64,000 nt of DNA from Octopus vulgaris (Eukaryota). Location: NCBI GenBank assembly GCA_951406725.2, contig OX597827.1, positions 84,258,001 to 84,322,000 of the forward strand, read 5' to 3'. Shown piece by piece: positions 26,831 to 40,453 of the stretch. The notes below the pieces were generated by a model. The model ran no database searches and had not been told where the DNA came from. It saw only the letters and a list, made by a program, of their open reading frames with translations. Positions within the stretch are counted from its first letter, which is position 1. Every line of letters starts with the position of its first letter. Made by a program: the position numbers and the translations under genes.

Positions 26831-27165
26831 TGAAAAATTCGGAGGAAGATTCCACATGGTGGTAAATATGAAATAAGATTTAAGGTGTAAAAGCACAGAA
26901 ATCTTGTTTGTGAGGATAAAGATTATTTAATCGATTACAATATGTACGGCGTCGACCGGTTTCGCTTCGCTGATCATGATACAATGTTATGGAAACAACA
27001 AATAGCCAAAACCACTAAAACAGATACTCACAAATGCAAAACTATACTAAAAAAAAAAGGAAGCAAGAGTTAAAAAATATGAAAGACCGAACTGTGGAAC
27101 ATGTTCCAACCCAAGGAATTCCATTTTAAACACGAGAAAGATTTAAAATCAAAACTGACCACTTC

Positions 27166-27380
27166 TGCAGAGCTGGCAGAATGGGTAACATGCGGGCGAA
27201 AGACTTAGCGGTATTTCGCCCGTCGCTAGGTTCTGGGTTCAAATTCCGCCGAGGTCGGCTTTACCTTTCATCCTTTAGAGGTCGATAAAATAAATATCCG
27301 TTGAACACTGAGGTCGATGTAATCGACTTGCTCCCTCCTACGAATTTGCTGGCCTTGTGCCAAAATTTGAAACCATTATG
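27166..27380 (+). mobile_element. Near full-length tRNA-derived SINE, family B
   Basis: gagctggcagaatgggtaac (A box), ggttcaaattcc (B box), core cctttcatcctttagaggtcgataaaa and tail ggccttgtgccaaaatttgaaacc. Confidence 0.9.
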
Positions 27381-28245
27381 ATGTTTTAATATGTTTAATT
27401 TTTATATTTGTTTAGATTTGAGCAGCAAAGTTGCCACATGGGCAGAAGGTATCCCAATGAGTTAGGTCACATGTAGCCACAGTGGTGATTGAAGAGTTAT
27501 TCTGCCAATAGCTCCATGTCCTCTGTGACTGCTAGAGTTTTTCAGGAGTGGCACCACGTGTCTGATGTAGGTTGTCATCAAAAAGTACATTGCCTCACCA
27601 TAAAAAGAAAACATGTGGCTATTGTATTCATGTCTCAGAAATTATAATGAAGCACAAACACTATCAGTTTGAATGTAGTACAATTGAATTAGGCACCATA
27701 TTGCACCACCTCCGCCAACACACACCACATGTAGTAGTAGTAGTAGTAGTACAACTACATCAGAAACCATACTCCTGTATCACCACATGTAGCAGTGATA
27801 CAGCTACATGAGAAGCTATTCTGCACCATCACTACCACCATCACCACCACCACCACCCCAATCCCCACCCAGACAACATCACATGTGGCTGTAATAGAAA
27901 GCAGATCAGCTAAGTGAAACCATGTGTTGTAATTGCTAAATTGAATCAGGCATCCATAAATAATAGAATTGTTGCTTGCTTTCTTTTTCTTTTTCTTTTT
28001 TATGTCATCCTTTCTACAATAGACTCCACACAACACACAATGTCGGTTGCTCCCAACACTCTCAGAATATTTTATCCAATTTGGAGTCAGAAAACAGTCA
28101 GAATTTCTTCTTCTCTCAGACTTTCAGAGGTTTTTGACGTATTTAGAACGTTTTTTTCTCACTTTCTGGTGAATGTTTGTATTAGACGAGGAGAAAGAGA
28201 ATATACAGAGGGAAAAACAACAGCAAGCAGTTAAAAAGTTAATAG

Positions 28246-28327
<82 letters not shown>

Positions 28328-28416
28328 CTATACATGTGAATGTATGTATGTATGCATGCATGCATGTATGTATGTATGTATGTATGTATGTATGTATGTA
28401 TGTATGTATGTATGTA

Positions 28417-28468
<52 letters not shown>

Positions 28469-28783
28469 AGATACATACGAAGACATATAAACAAATTATT
28501 TTTTACATATACCTATGCATATCTTCCTAAGTCTATAAATTTATATATAATACACACACGCGCGCGCACGCACACACACACACACACTCACACACCATCG
28601 TTTTATTTAAGAGGGAAATAAAAGCCGGGTGAGAAAGTGGAGAGTGTGTTAGCGAAGTAATAAAGACGGTGGCAGAGATAAGACGGTAATAACGTTGGGG
28701 AGAGAAAGGGAGCTTGTCTTCCACCCTGATGTCAAACTGGTCGACATTTGTGTGTTTGTTTGTATGTGTGTGTGTGAGTGACT

Positions 28784-28814
<31 letters not shown>

Positions 28815-28875
28815 TGAGGGGAAGTGAAGGGTACTGTTATTTGCACACAACTCACACACACAAACACAGCACACA

Positions 28876-28971
<96 letters not shown>

Positions 28972-29626
28972 CACACACGCACGGTAACAATAAGAGCAAA
29001 GATGAGAACGGAATAAAAAGTAGTGAGAAAAAGTCAAAGAAATAAACGTCCGAAATAATTTTTAAGAATGTTGAGGTGGCGGTGGGGAAAGAGGGGGTGA
29101 AGTAGGAGGAGTGGAGTAAGAGGGGTTGGAGGAAAAGTAGGAGAGATAGAAAGGGAGGTGGAGAAGGGGAAGGAATTGGTCGGAAGGAGAGCTTAAAAAC
29201 TGTTTTTGTTGGTTTGAGTTGAAGATAATGTGACGGGGTTTGGGGAGAGAGGGTAGGAGGTCTTTAAAAATTGGTGGTTGAAATGGAGGCGCGGCGTGTT
29301 ATACACTCAAAGATTGAATATGTTTCTACACCTATTAAATATGTATATAGTGAATATATATTTATATAGTCGAAACCATAAGACAAAAGAAACACTTTAA
29401 CACATTTTTAATGACCAGTTATATTTGTTTCTCTCCCAAGTCTGCTTCCAACGTCAGTTTACGCTAAAATACTAAGTGAAAATAATATTTGCGGTTTCAG
29501 ATATTTGAGTGGAACTTGATCAGATTTGCATCAAAGGTGCGCTCTGACACTGGGCGTCTTCCAGATCATTTTTTCCTTTTTGATTTTATCGATGTATCTA
29601 TATTAAATAATGTCCTTGCGCTCACA

Positions 29627-30013
29627 GTGGAGGCACAATGGCCCAGTGCTTAGGGCAGCGGACTCGCGGTCATAGGATCGCAGTTTCGATTCCCAGACCG
29701 GGCGTTGTGAGAGTTTATTGAGTGAAAACACCTAAAGCTCCACGAGGCTCCGGCAGCGGATGGTGGTGATCCCTGCTGTACTCTTTCACCACAACTTTCT
29801 CTCACTCTTACTTCCTGTTTCTGTTGTACCTGTATTTCAAAGGGCCGGCCTTGTCACTCTCTGTGTCACGCTGAATATCCCCGAGAACTACGTTAAGGGT
29901 ACACGTGTCTGTGGAGTGCTCAGCCACTTACACGTTAATTTCACGAGCAGGCTGTTCCGTTGATTCGGATCAATCGGAACCCTCATCGTCGTAACCGACG
30001 GAGTGCTTCCCTC
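29627..30013 (+). mobile_element. Full-length tRNA-derived SINE, family C, with a perfect 13-bp TSD
   Basis: TSD ccttgcgctcaca at 29614-29626 and 30014-30026; A box tggcccagtgcttag and B box gtttcgattcc. Decayed relatives lie at about 10420-10650(+), 15060-15160(-), 36830-36980(+) and 46662-46730(+). Confidence 0.92.
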
Positions 30014-30473
30014 CCTTGCGCTCACACCCAAACTCACACATGAAAGAGACAGTGGAGTGAGGGTTAACTAATTAGTGAACTAATTAATTAATTTGCAATA
30101 AAAGTGAAAAACACAAACAGCGTGCGTTCCAAATAACCCTGGGAAAATACAGTATCTGCGAGAAGATTGGTTTATATAAGACGCTGGGAAATAGAATTGT
30201 GAAAATGGTATTAGAAAGTCGGCATAGAAAGGAATTTAGAAACAGTTTACATTTAACCTTATATTTCAATATTTCGGGGTTAAAACTCCTTTTTCAAGAG
30301 TAAATAAGGATCGTAAGGTCTTTGTATCTCTTTTGCAGAGATGGGAAAAAGATAGCAGCTAACCACCAGCTTTCATTTTATTTTGGTAAAGATCTGCATA
30401 CACTCGCACGTGCAGACACGCACATTAAATAAAGTGCTTATACATATGTACAAATATTATATACATACATGCA

Positions 30474-30520
<47 letters not shown>

Positions 30521-30574
30521 ATATGCACACGTTGTATTAAGTGTTTATGTATATAAGCATATATATATTACGGG

Positions 30575-30644
<70 letters not shown>

Positions 30645-32090
30645 ATATATATATATGTACACAAACCAATACATACACACATACACATATATGTATACGC
30701 ACACATTGGTATTAACGAACTGTACTCTGGTAGAGAGCGAGTGTCTGAGTGTCTGCATATTATATGAATGCGCGCGTGTGTGTACGTGTGTGTTTTTGTA
30801 TGTGTGTGTGTGTATGTGTATGTGCGTGTTTGTATTTGTATGTGTGTGCGTGTGCGTGTGTAGCGACGTTATATACACCAATAGGGATATATTGAGTTCC
30901 TAACTTGGACTAAGATTAAAAGTCACAATCAATTTTTCTTCTCCACTTTACAGTTTTTGATTAAATTTGGATGTTTTTCTCACACACCACAACCACCACT
31001 ACCGCCTCCACAATCCCTATCACTGCCACCCCCACCCCCCCACCCCACAGGTCACAATACATGGAAGTTTCAACAAAATTACTTCAGCTGAATATTGACA
31101 TATACTCATTGATTAAACATATACACTCACCACACTGAGTATATAACATGTATGTGTGTGAATAAATAGGGATGCATATATGCTTGTATTTATTTGATTG
31201 TTGCAATAATATTTGTGTATACACACACGCACATCCACGTCCCTTCACACACACATCCACGTCTCTCTCTCTCTCTCTACATACACACACACACGCACAC
31301 ACACACACACACGCACACACACACACACACGCACACTAGCAGGAACGATGCGGGTGCAGAAGTGACGATATTCTCAATAAATTGAACTTGAAAAAAATCA
31401 AGGACAAACAGAATTAGAAACTTTAAAATCTTGCAGCTGAAGTTGGAATTCACTTTAGATAAATTTTTTTTTTTTTTTCTTTGTTTCTTTTAAATGTGAA
31501 AGTAGCGCCATGTTTCCTCGTTAAATTTTTTAAATTCCTCCCCTGAAGAATATTCTATATGGAACTTTCTATATTTATTCCCTATAAACTAAAATAGAGT
31601 GGACGATAGGATATGATAGGTAACCCAGTCTTTTAAAATTCAAAAATGCTCAGCTACCTTCCGCTCGTGTTTTTCCAACTGTTGCTGTGTTGTTGTTTAC
31701 TGATTAAGGAACATGAGTCCATTCAATGGTGTGGCTGAGTAACCAGGATACACTACGATTTGCCTTGTGGCAGTCAAATAAAAACTAGGATCTTGTAGGC
31801 TCAGAAATAACTGGAGATAAATTGATGTAAGTTTAGTGAGGTCTAACTTCTGTCAATAAAGAAATGAAAATTTATCTCCAACGAAGACAAAGGATTCGGA
31901 ATCTATGCCCACAAAATTCTGGACCCCAACACTTTTCTGCCTCTTATACCAGAAACTTCCACACCTACATTTATGTCTTCTACAAAGTTTGACCAACAAA
32001 CTTCCTTTCCACCAAAGTACACAATATTTGTCTTCCTCAGACCCCGCATAAACCATTGGGTATGATTTGAGTTAGACACACACACACACG

Positions 32091-32145
<55 letters not shown>

Positions 32146-34045
32146 ATAGTTTGGCACCCAATTGATTGCCTTCAAATTTGGTCACGTTTGAGCGGTTGAA
32201 TTACAATGTAAAATTGAATTGAATGCAATATCCACTCGATAAACAGGTATTGTCAATTATATTCGCCTCGCTCTTGTTTCGTGGGGTCATCTCAGGTTAG
32301 TGGCTCCAAAGACGTTATCATGCATAGAGAAAACCAGGTCCATCAGTGCTCTCCGTCGCCAAGACCCCATACCAGTCCCTTTATTGTATTAGGTAATCAT
32401 GAATTCTATCAGTTCCTATATGGACAATCACTGGTCGCTAACCAAACTGATCACATTCTCATCAGAAGACAAGGTGCCTATACTTCTGTTTCAATGGCTG
32501 CAATGATGGGTTCTAGTATTAGCAGGCTACAGAGGTACAGTACAACGCTTCTAAGCAGCATCAAAATACCGATGCCTGGTTATGACTGTGACCCAAGTCA
32601 TAAAAAATGTACTTTTTGGATTCAAAATACATGAGATGATCGACGACCGAATTGATGGAATTGCAATTAACAATAAATAAATAATTAGCTCTGATGTTTG
32701 ATATCAATATTATTCCTCGTTGATAGTTTGGCTAGAAAAAAACTAAAACACTAACAATATTCCAGAAAATCCTCACCAATGAAGGGCTTCCATAAAATAA
32801 TTTGAACAAATACAGCGGAACTCAATTTCTTTCATCCATGTTGGTATAGTTGTCAACAGAGCATTCGGTATTTAACGTGTTTCAGTTCGTTTCCAAGGAC
32901 AAGGCGGGAGCTTGGCTCGAACCTTCAAACTTGGAATTCGGAAAGCTTGCAATGAAAATTGATAATGGGAGGACGGACCGACAGATTATTATCATTTCCA
33001 TATCATTCTCCGACTCCACCACCCAGTCTTGGACGGGAAGTCCCTAGCAGAAGGGTTGCATGGCTACTAGCTATGCACGATTTTAAATATAGGACGATCT
33101 GTATTTCTCTGAGATAATGAAGGCCACGCTAAGTTGTTCCACAAGTTACTTGATAGAAACAAGTAAGGGTAAAATGAAACCACATCAGAACAAGATTCAG
33201 TCACAGAATTGTTCCATTTCGATCAGACCAGCATCGAACAATGATTGGTTATTGTACCATCATTGCCAAGTATTGTTTATCGTTCCAGGTAACACCACAA
33301 CCGGAACCTCAACCGTGCAGATCTATCAGGTCACGATCAGCACCGGTGTAGTACTCGTCCCCTTCCCACAGGTAATTAAAAGGTGTTTTGTTGTATTTGT
33401 ACAACACATCTTGTTCTTCCGTTATTTCAGCAAATATTCCCTGTGTATGTTGTGTCATGTATGTCACGTGTGACATTGCTTTGTCAAAACGCACTCACTT
33501 CAATGAAGAGAAGTTGATATTTACTTTGCAGCTTTGTTCCTTATTGTCTGGTGGAGCTGAAGAGTTCTAGACTTGAACTTACTGACTTCTCGATGAACAA
33601 AAGATTGCAGAAGCAACAAGAAAATTACAGCAAAGCTACGTGATAGTGCTGTCAGACGTGGCATGCTGACCATCATGTGACTTGTTTTATTCCCCGCTTC
33701 CGTTTTACTTTGACATGCGCACTGCATTTTCATTCTTCTCTTCCGTTTTATGAATTCAGTGTGCACATGCGCATTGCGTGTTCATTCTTCGCTTTCGAGT
33801 TCCTATTCAAAACAGTTTAGTATATCACAACCATCTCGCGTTCCGATGGTTGTGAAAAAAAAGGCAAGCTACAACAGTCAGTTCCACTAACTGACCACGT
33901 GGGTGCTTCACAGAGTTTATTTGTTGGCATAACAACATACCCTCCCGCGCCCGCATTCGTGCATAGGCATTGCAGATAGACGCTACGAAATTATACAATT
34001 AAAAGTGATATGTTGTACATATGTATGCTGAAATGCATGTAAGCT

Positions 34046-34114
<69 letters not shown>

Positions 34115-34311
34115 GCATCTTTGCTCGCCCATATTCATACAGCAAACTCAGTAGAGAGGGGGCAGCGGCACCTCTGTCAAAATTTGATCCTAGACCGAAA
34201 AGGGTCGGTTGTTGAGAGATTACCAGATTCATCTCGGAACTGATTGAAACATTGGAGACAAGAATGGGTAGAGGTGGTGGGGTGGGGACAGAGAAGGAAA
34301 GAGATACACAC

Positions 34312-34350
<39 letters not shown>

Positions 34351-34582
34351 TATATTCATGCATACACACACGCTTCCGCACTTATACATACGTATATATA
34401 TATATGTGTGTACCTTTGTTAAATTCTATAATATATATACATCTACACGTGTGCATATACATGTGCATATTTAATCACATGTATATAAAATTTGGTTTCT
34501 GCAATGAATGTACATAACGCATTCACGTAACATTATTACGCACACACACACACACACACTCACACACACACACACACACACT

Positions 34583-34657
<75 letters not shown>

Positions 34658-34678
34658 TCACACACACACACACACACG

Positions 34679-34779
<101 letters not shown>

Positions 34780-35844
34780 GCACCGACATGCGCACACATT
34801 TAACTGCATGTGATTTATATATACATACATGCCTATCTATTTATTTGGGTGAGTTGGGCAGGGGTGGAGTGTTTGCTTGTCCAAACTCGAGAAGTTTAAT
34901 ACAACAGAGGTGAACTTTTCAACTCATTTATCATGTTGTAAGGAAACTATGAAAGGTTGGGGCGCTCCACTGGTTTAGAGCAGCTTCAGGCAGCGAAATG
35001 GGCGGCGCAGTGGGGGGGGGGGGATGCGCGCACTCGCACACACACACACACACGTGTGTGTGTGTTGCGTGTAATAAATAAGTATATCGAATATGAAGGA
35101 AGACGTTAAAGATATCGAAACTGTAGCCATATTGAATGTAGATATTCGATCTTGTTTTCTTCGGAGACGATTGTGTTTTTAGCAGCAAAACCTTCAGAGA
35201 AAATGTCGAAGCAGAAGAACAAGGTCATTTAGTGCAAATGTGTTGCTGTCTACATACATCGCAACATGGAAACCGTTGATGTACGGAAACAACCGAAATA
35301 TTACGAACCCCAAAATACTCTCGATGTATCAGTAAACAACTTAACAAAGAATGTCCGAGTTAATTAATATCAAAAATGGATCTTTTAATTGGAGAAATTG
35401 AGCTTTTATCGTAATTACGGGAATAAATATCGCACAATTATGAAGAAACTATTTTCCTGTGCTGAGTAATTAGCAGCGGCTCAATTGAAGGTGGGTGGGG
35501 TGGGGAATCATATTTAGTGGAATATAATGGTATGTTTGTGTGTGTGTCTGTTTATGTATATGTATGTGTGTGTATGAATGCGTGCGTATTTAAAGGAACG
35601 GTAAAACGAAGAGACATTTGAAAATAAAACGAAACTCAAACGAATCTGAAGAAATACGCCAAATATCTTAAATGTAAAGATGGAGGATTTATTTATTTAA
35701 TTTTTGGCGATGATGGTGATGGTGGTGGTTTCAAATATTTGGAAAAAATAAATTATAACGAACATATACACTTACATACATTTCTGTATGCCTATGTACG
35801 CATATATTATATATGTGTGTGTGTGTGTGTGTGTGTATGTGTGT

Positions 35845-35890
<46 letters not shown>

Positions 35891-35914
35891 TGTGTGTGTG
35901 TGTTTGTGTGTATA

Positions 35915-36754
35915 CAGGTTGCGTAAGGTATTTGAAGACATACCCTATTTGGGTCATTGCTGCATTTTTTGGTAACTCTGTATAATCTTTGTTCCAGAAA
36001 ATAATAATGACAGACCCTCAGCTTGCGCAAGAAATGAAGAGGCAGGCTGTTATTGTTGGTATAAAGGCTGAGCATAGCGATTTAGAAATATCTCGATTCT
36101 TAAAAGTTGCCAGATCTTTGGTCTACAAAGTTTGTAAGGAGCTAGAAACTGAAGGTGGAAACATGTCACCAGTATCAAAGCATAAAAAGCATTCTAAACG
36201 CTCTGAAATCACCAGAACACCTGGATTTATCCAGAAAGTTCGACAGACCATTGATTACAATCCCAGAAAGTCCATGGGATCAGTTGCAAAAGATCTCCAT
36301 GTGTCAGAAGGAACAGTCAGACATATGTTGTCCACGAAGACATCAGATATAAGTCTTATATGATGAGGAAATATCAATTTGTCAGAAAAAGCCGAGAAAA
36401 ATCACATCAGATCTAAAAGGCTTTTAAACAAACTGAAAAATCCAGCAGAAGGTTTGATTTGGTTTTTTCTCAAACGAGGAAAACTTCGACCATAACACCA
36501 AAGATTCGTTGAAAGCTGCCATAGTCAGAGTAATGTTCAAAATGAACTAGGATCACTTGATTCGAGCATGTAGATGATTTAGATCTCATTTAGAAGCAGT
36601 TGTTGAAGCTGAATGTGGCTTTATTGAATGACATTATAGAAAAGAAGGTTTAGTTTTGTCCTCATAGCATTTTTTGATAAAATTATCTGTTATTATATAT
36701 CTGTGTTTTTTTTATATAAACATAAATCTGTCCTCAAATATCTCACGCACTCTG
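35915..36754 (+). mobile_element. maT (DD37D)-type Tc1/mariner element, internally deleted, both TIRs present
   Basis: TA|CAGGTTGCGTAAGGTATTTGAAGACA ... TGTCCTCAAATATCTCACGCACTCTG|TA. The HTH N-terminus is MKRQAVIVGIKAEHSDLEISRFLKVARSLVYKV...NPRKSM. WFFSNEENFD is joined directly to the C-terminal NTKDSLKAAI...FRSHLEAVVEAECGFIE. Confidence 0.9.
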
Positions 36755-37104
36755 TATTTATGTATGTTTATATATACATACATACATATATATATATATA
36801 TGAATGTTTGTATTATAATAATGTGTGTGAGGGCGTGTTGCTTAGTGTTTCGGGTATTCGGCTCTCGATCGTGAATTCATTTCCCGGCGGTACGTTGTGC
36901 TCCTTGAGCAAGACATTCTATTTCCTGTTGCTCCTTTCAACTCGTTTGGCAAAAGTGAGTTGTACTTGTAATTCAAATCTTACTGAGGTAAGTTTTTGCT
37001 TTTCCTTCGAAGTCCCTAACAAACCCGTTCAGGGCTTCTGAATATTTGGATGAGCAAATGAGAAACGTTCAGTTGTCTCGATTGTCTCTTTTGGTCGTCA
37101 ACAT

Positions 37105-37425
37105 TATTTATTATTATGATCGAGTTCCATCCCGGATCGCAGCAACAGTCTACCCGCCACACTTCTCTGTTCACCATCATTGCCTCGATGTCCTGGATGC
37201 ATTCTAGGCCAGCGTCTGCAATCAAGTTATCCATGTGTGTCGACATTTTCTTCATTTTACAACACCATGAATTGGGTTCCACAAGACTCATTTGGATGCT
37301 TCCGGATCAGGGTGGCACACGCAGTGACCAGACAGCCGTAGCCACCTTTGCCTGATCTCCTCGTTAACTTTCAGTTGGTCTCCATAAAGACATTCATTTG
37401 TCATGTATTGCTGCCATTTCTCATT
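37105..37425 (-). mobile_element. RTE-clade LINE 3' fragment
   Basis: KWQQYMTNECLYG...KVNEEIRQRWLRLSGHCVCHP...VLWNPIHG...DNLIADAGL...NREVWR, followed by a short (ATA)n tail. Confidence 0.8.
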
Positions 37426-37949
37426 CAATTTCATTTTGTTAACACATCACTTTCTTAAACATTGACTGCATCATTAAGACTGACCCTTCTTTTGACGACT
37501 CGAATATAAAGCCCCTAACATCTCCTAATCTTCAACAAATCTCAAATAAAACTCCCACTGCTGTTCAGTCCCACTATCTACGACAGTACTCCTGTGGTTA
37601 TCAACCTCACTCGTTTTAACCTGTGAACAGGGAGAGGCTCCTGGGTTGGTAAGTATTTACCGACTCATTTCAACGTTTATCCAAGCGAACTATGTTTCCT
37701 CTCTTTGTTTTTGCAACAGCTATAACAATGGCTGCTTATGAGCCATGTTATATCTCACCTCCACCGCCAAATTATACACTCACCATCACAGCCGCTCCTT
37801 ACTCCCCCCTCCGAAGGACGTCTTCAGTTCACTGCTATTTCACCCCTCTCTCTCTCTCCACGGTTTTCCTGTATTTGTTGATTTACAACAGATTAGACGG
37901 AACGCCAGCGATATCAGTCTCATAGTCTATTGAAAGTTTGAGAAGATAT

Positions 37950-38402
37950 TTTATTTTCTGTTTCTAGAGAAAAAAAAGGGCAGTCAGTGTATGAGATGTG
38001 GTCCTAGCCATGTTAAGGATACCCTTTCTCTAGGAGATATCCTCAGTCCTAGTGCGACTTTGCGTTAGGAGCAATTGTGAGAGGGCTGGTTGCATGCTTC
38101 TTATATGCAATGGAGATGTGGTGTGATTATGCTTTCATGATATGAGTAGTGATTGTGTTTTCTTATTGAAGGAGACTAAACTCACTGATTCCGACTGGAA
38201 GAGGCTTCCTCTGTTTGTTGAATCAGTGTACGTTTGGCATGTAGTGTCCAGGTTACATGTGAATGATGCATGGTTGGGAAAGTTGAAGGTTGAACGGAGA
38301 GTATGTCTCCTCTCTATAAGAATGGGAGTTATTGGATGTAATGGTTTCATTGATGAGCAGAAGGGAATAAAATGGAATCCTGCTGAACACCAGAGTTGGT
38401 TA
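37950..38402 (-). mobile_element. Decayed CR1/L2/Jockey-group LINE RT fragment
   Basis: NSGVQQDSIL (SGVPQGS-like), SNNSHSY, LRSTFNF, LVSFN.KTQSLLIS; many frameshifts. Confidence 0.65.
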
Positions 38403-38576
38403 AGAGTGGAAAAAAAGTATGTGCGTATGTGTAAGTGTATATGTGTCTATGTTGTATATGCTTGCATGGAATATATACACATACACGTTCATTATGTATA
38501 CGTGTGTGTATTTCGGTAAGTATATGCGCATATGTAGGTTTGCTTCCACTCCATCCTCTCTCTCTCTCTCTCTCTG

Positions 38577-38644
<68 letters not shown>

Positions 38645-39383
38645 CATATATGTGTGTGTGTGTGTATGTATACATATGTATATATATGTATATATGTATA
38701 TATAAATATATGTATATATATATATATATCTACATATATATACATACACACACATATATGTCAGTCCATTTCTACTTAACCCAGTAAACAGTGAAATCAG
38801 AGGAAACCATTGATGGGCTGAGTCAGCCAAATAAACCAATTTATTCCAATTTCCAACTGTTTCTTCTACTTAACTCACTTCCCTTGTACCTCTTAGTGTT
38901 TAGTGATTGCTCTCTCTCTCTTTCTCTTTCTTTCTCTCTCCCTCTCTCTCTGTGCTCACCTTATTTCTCTCTCCATCACATTTCCAAGACTTACACTCCC
39001 ACCACCACCCCATACGGCCAACTCAGATGAAACCACGTGGTTTTGACGTCACTTCAGCCGTAGAAGACATGACTCAACTGATCTGTAAAATTCAAGCTGA
39101 CAATTTTAATCCTTCTCTGATCTGTTGATACAATGGCGGCCAACTAGAAACCTCTTCTGTGGGGCGACAACAACTTCCGGTTGGTCGTGTAAGATTTCCT
39201 GAAAGATTAGAAAGGTCACAGTTAGTTTGACTCCACATTAGATGCATTATCGTTCATATGAAAATCAATCTTGCATTACAGATCCAACATGGCGGCGACA
39301 GCAAAGTGAAAGATTCAGCTCTTGTCACCTTATATCACCGAATTGTAGAATGTTAGATTGCATACCTGTACACACATACACAC

Positions 39384-39432
<49 letters not shown>

Positions 39433-39550
39433 CACACACACACACACACACGCATGCAGCACGCACCTACACACACACACACGGGTCCACAGCATATCAC
39501 AGAAAGGGACGTTGTCAAGGGTTTTATATGTTGATTTCGCTATGATACAC

Positions 39551-39586
<36 letters not shown>

Positions 39587-40249
39587 GCAGATAATGTTGT
39601 GTATATATGTATGCATATACATTCTTACGCCAACACCACCTGGAATGACATCTAAATGATAAACACTTCTTGGCGAAACGTACTGAACACCACCACTTCA
39701 TCATCACCACTGCTTTCACACTAACAAGACACATATAACAATCACCACCAAAACCACCACCACCACCACCGCCGCCACCACCACCACCGCCGCCGCCACC
39801 ACCACCACCACCACCACCACCACCACCACCACCACCGCCGCCGCCGCCACTACTCCCATCACCATCACCGCAGTAACGTCTCCCACAACACCCCTTCGCC
39901 TATCATCAACTGGGAGAACCACGTGGAAGATGGTTTCATGTTTCACATGAAACTCTCCTTCAATCACGTCTGAACTGTTGATGTCCACATTGACTGAGGT
40001 GTATGGTAGTCATGGTAACAAGATGCTGCGTGTACGGGTTCCGTTTGAGCAGAAGACAGCAATGACAGTTTATACATAAATGATGATGGTGATGGTTTGG
40101 TGTGGCGTACATTAGCGTGATGAGGTGTGGGGATGGGAGAGCGTGGCAGTGAGAGTGAGGTCAGTGTTTGAACACTTGATAAAACCTTAGAAACTCTGTC
40201 TGTCTGTCTATATATATGTATGTGTATATGTGTGTGTGTGTGTATACGT

Positions 40250-40314
<65 letters not shown>

Positions 40315-40453
40315 TGTGTAATGAATTGTCCGTAATATATAATTTTTAATAAAATACGAGAACCTTTTTACAACATCGTGCCTTTGTTGTTTCCGACAAT
40401 TTATCATTTCAACTTTCCTTTTGGGTTCCTCCGTCTTAATCTGAGACATTTAT

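Noticed and set aside
29627-29705. tRNA-like sequence with A and B boxes
   Set aside because: It is the head of a TSD-flanked SINE, with no acceptor stem or terminator. The same applies to the other tRNA-like heads.
33270-33310. GSGCGVTWNDK, loosely like a flavivirus NS1 N-terminus
   Set aside because: Too short, preceded by a stop, and lacking the upstream hydrophobic segment and downstream CGxG.
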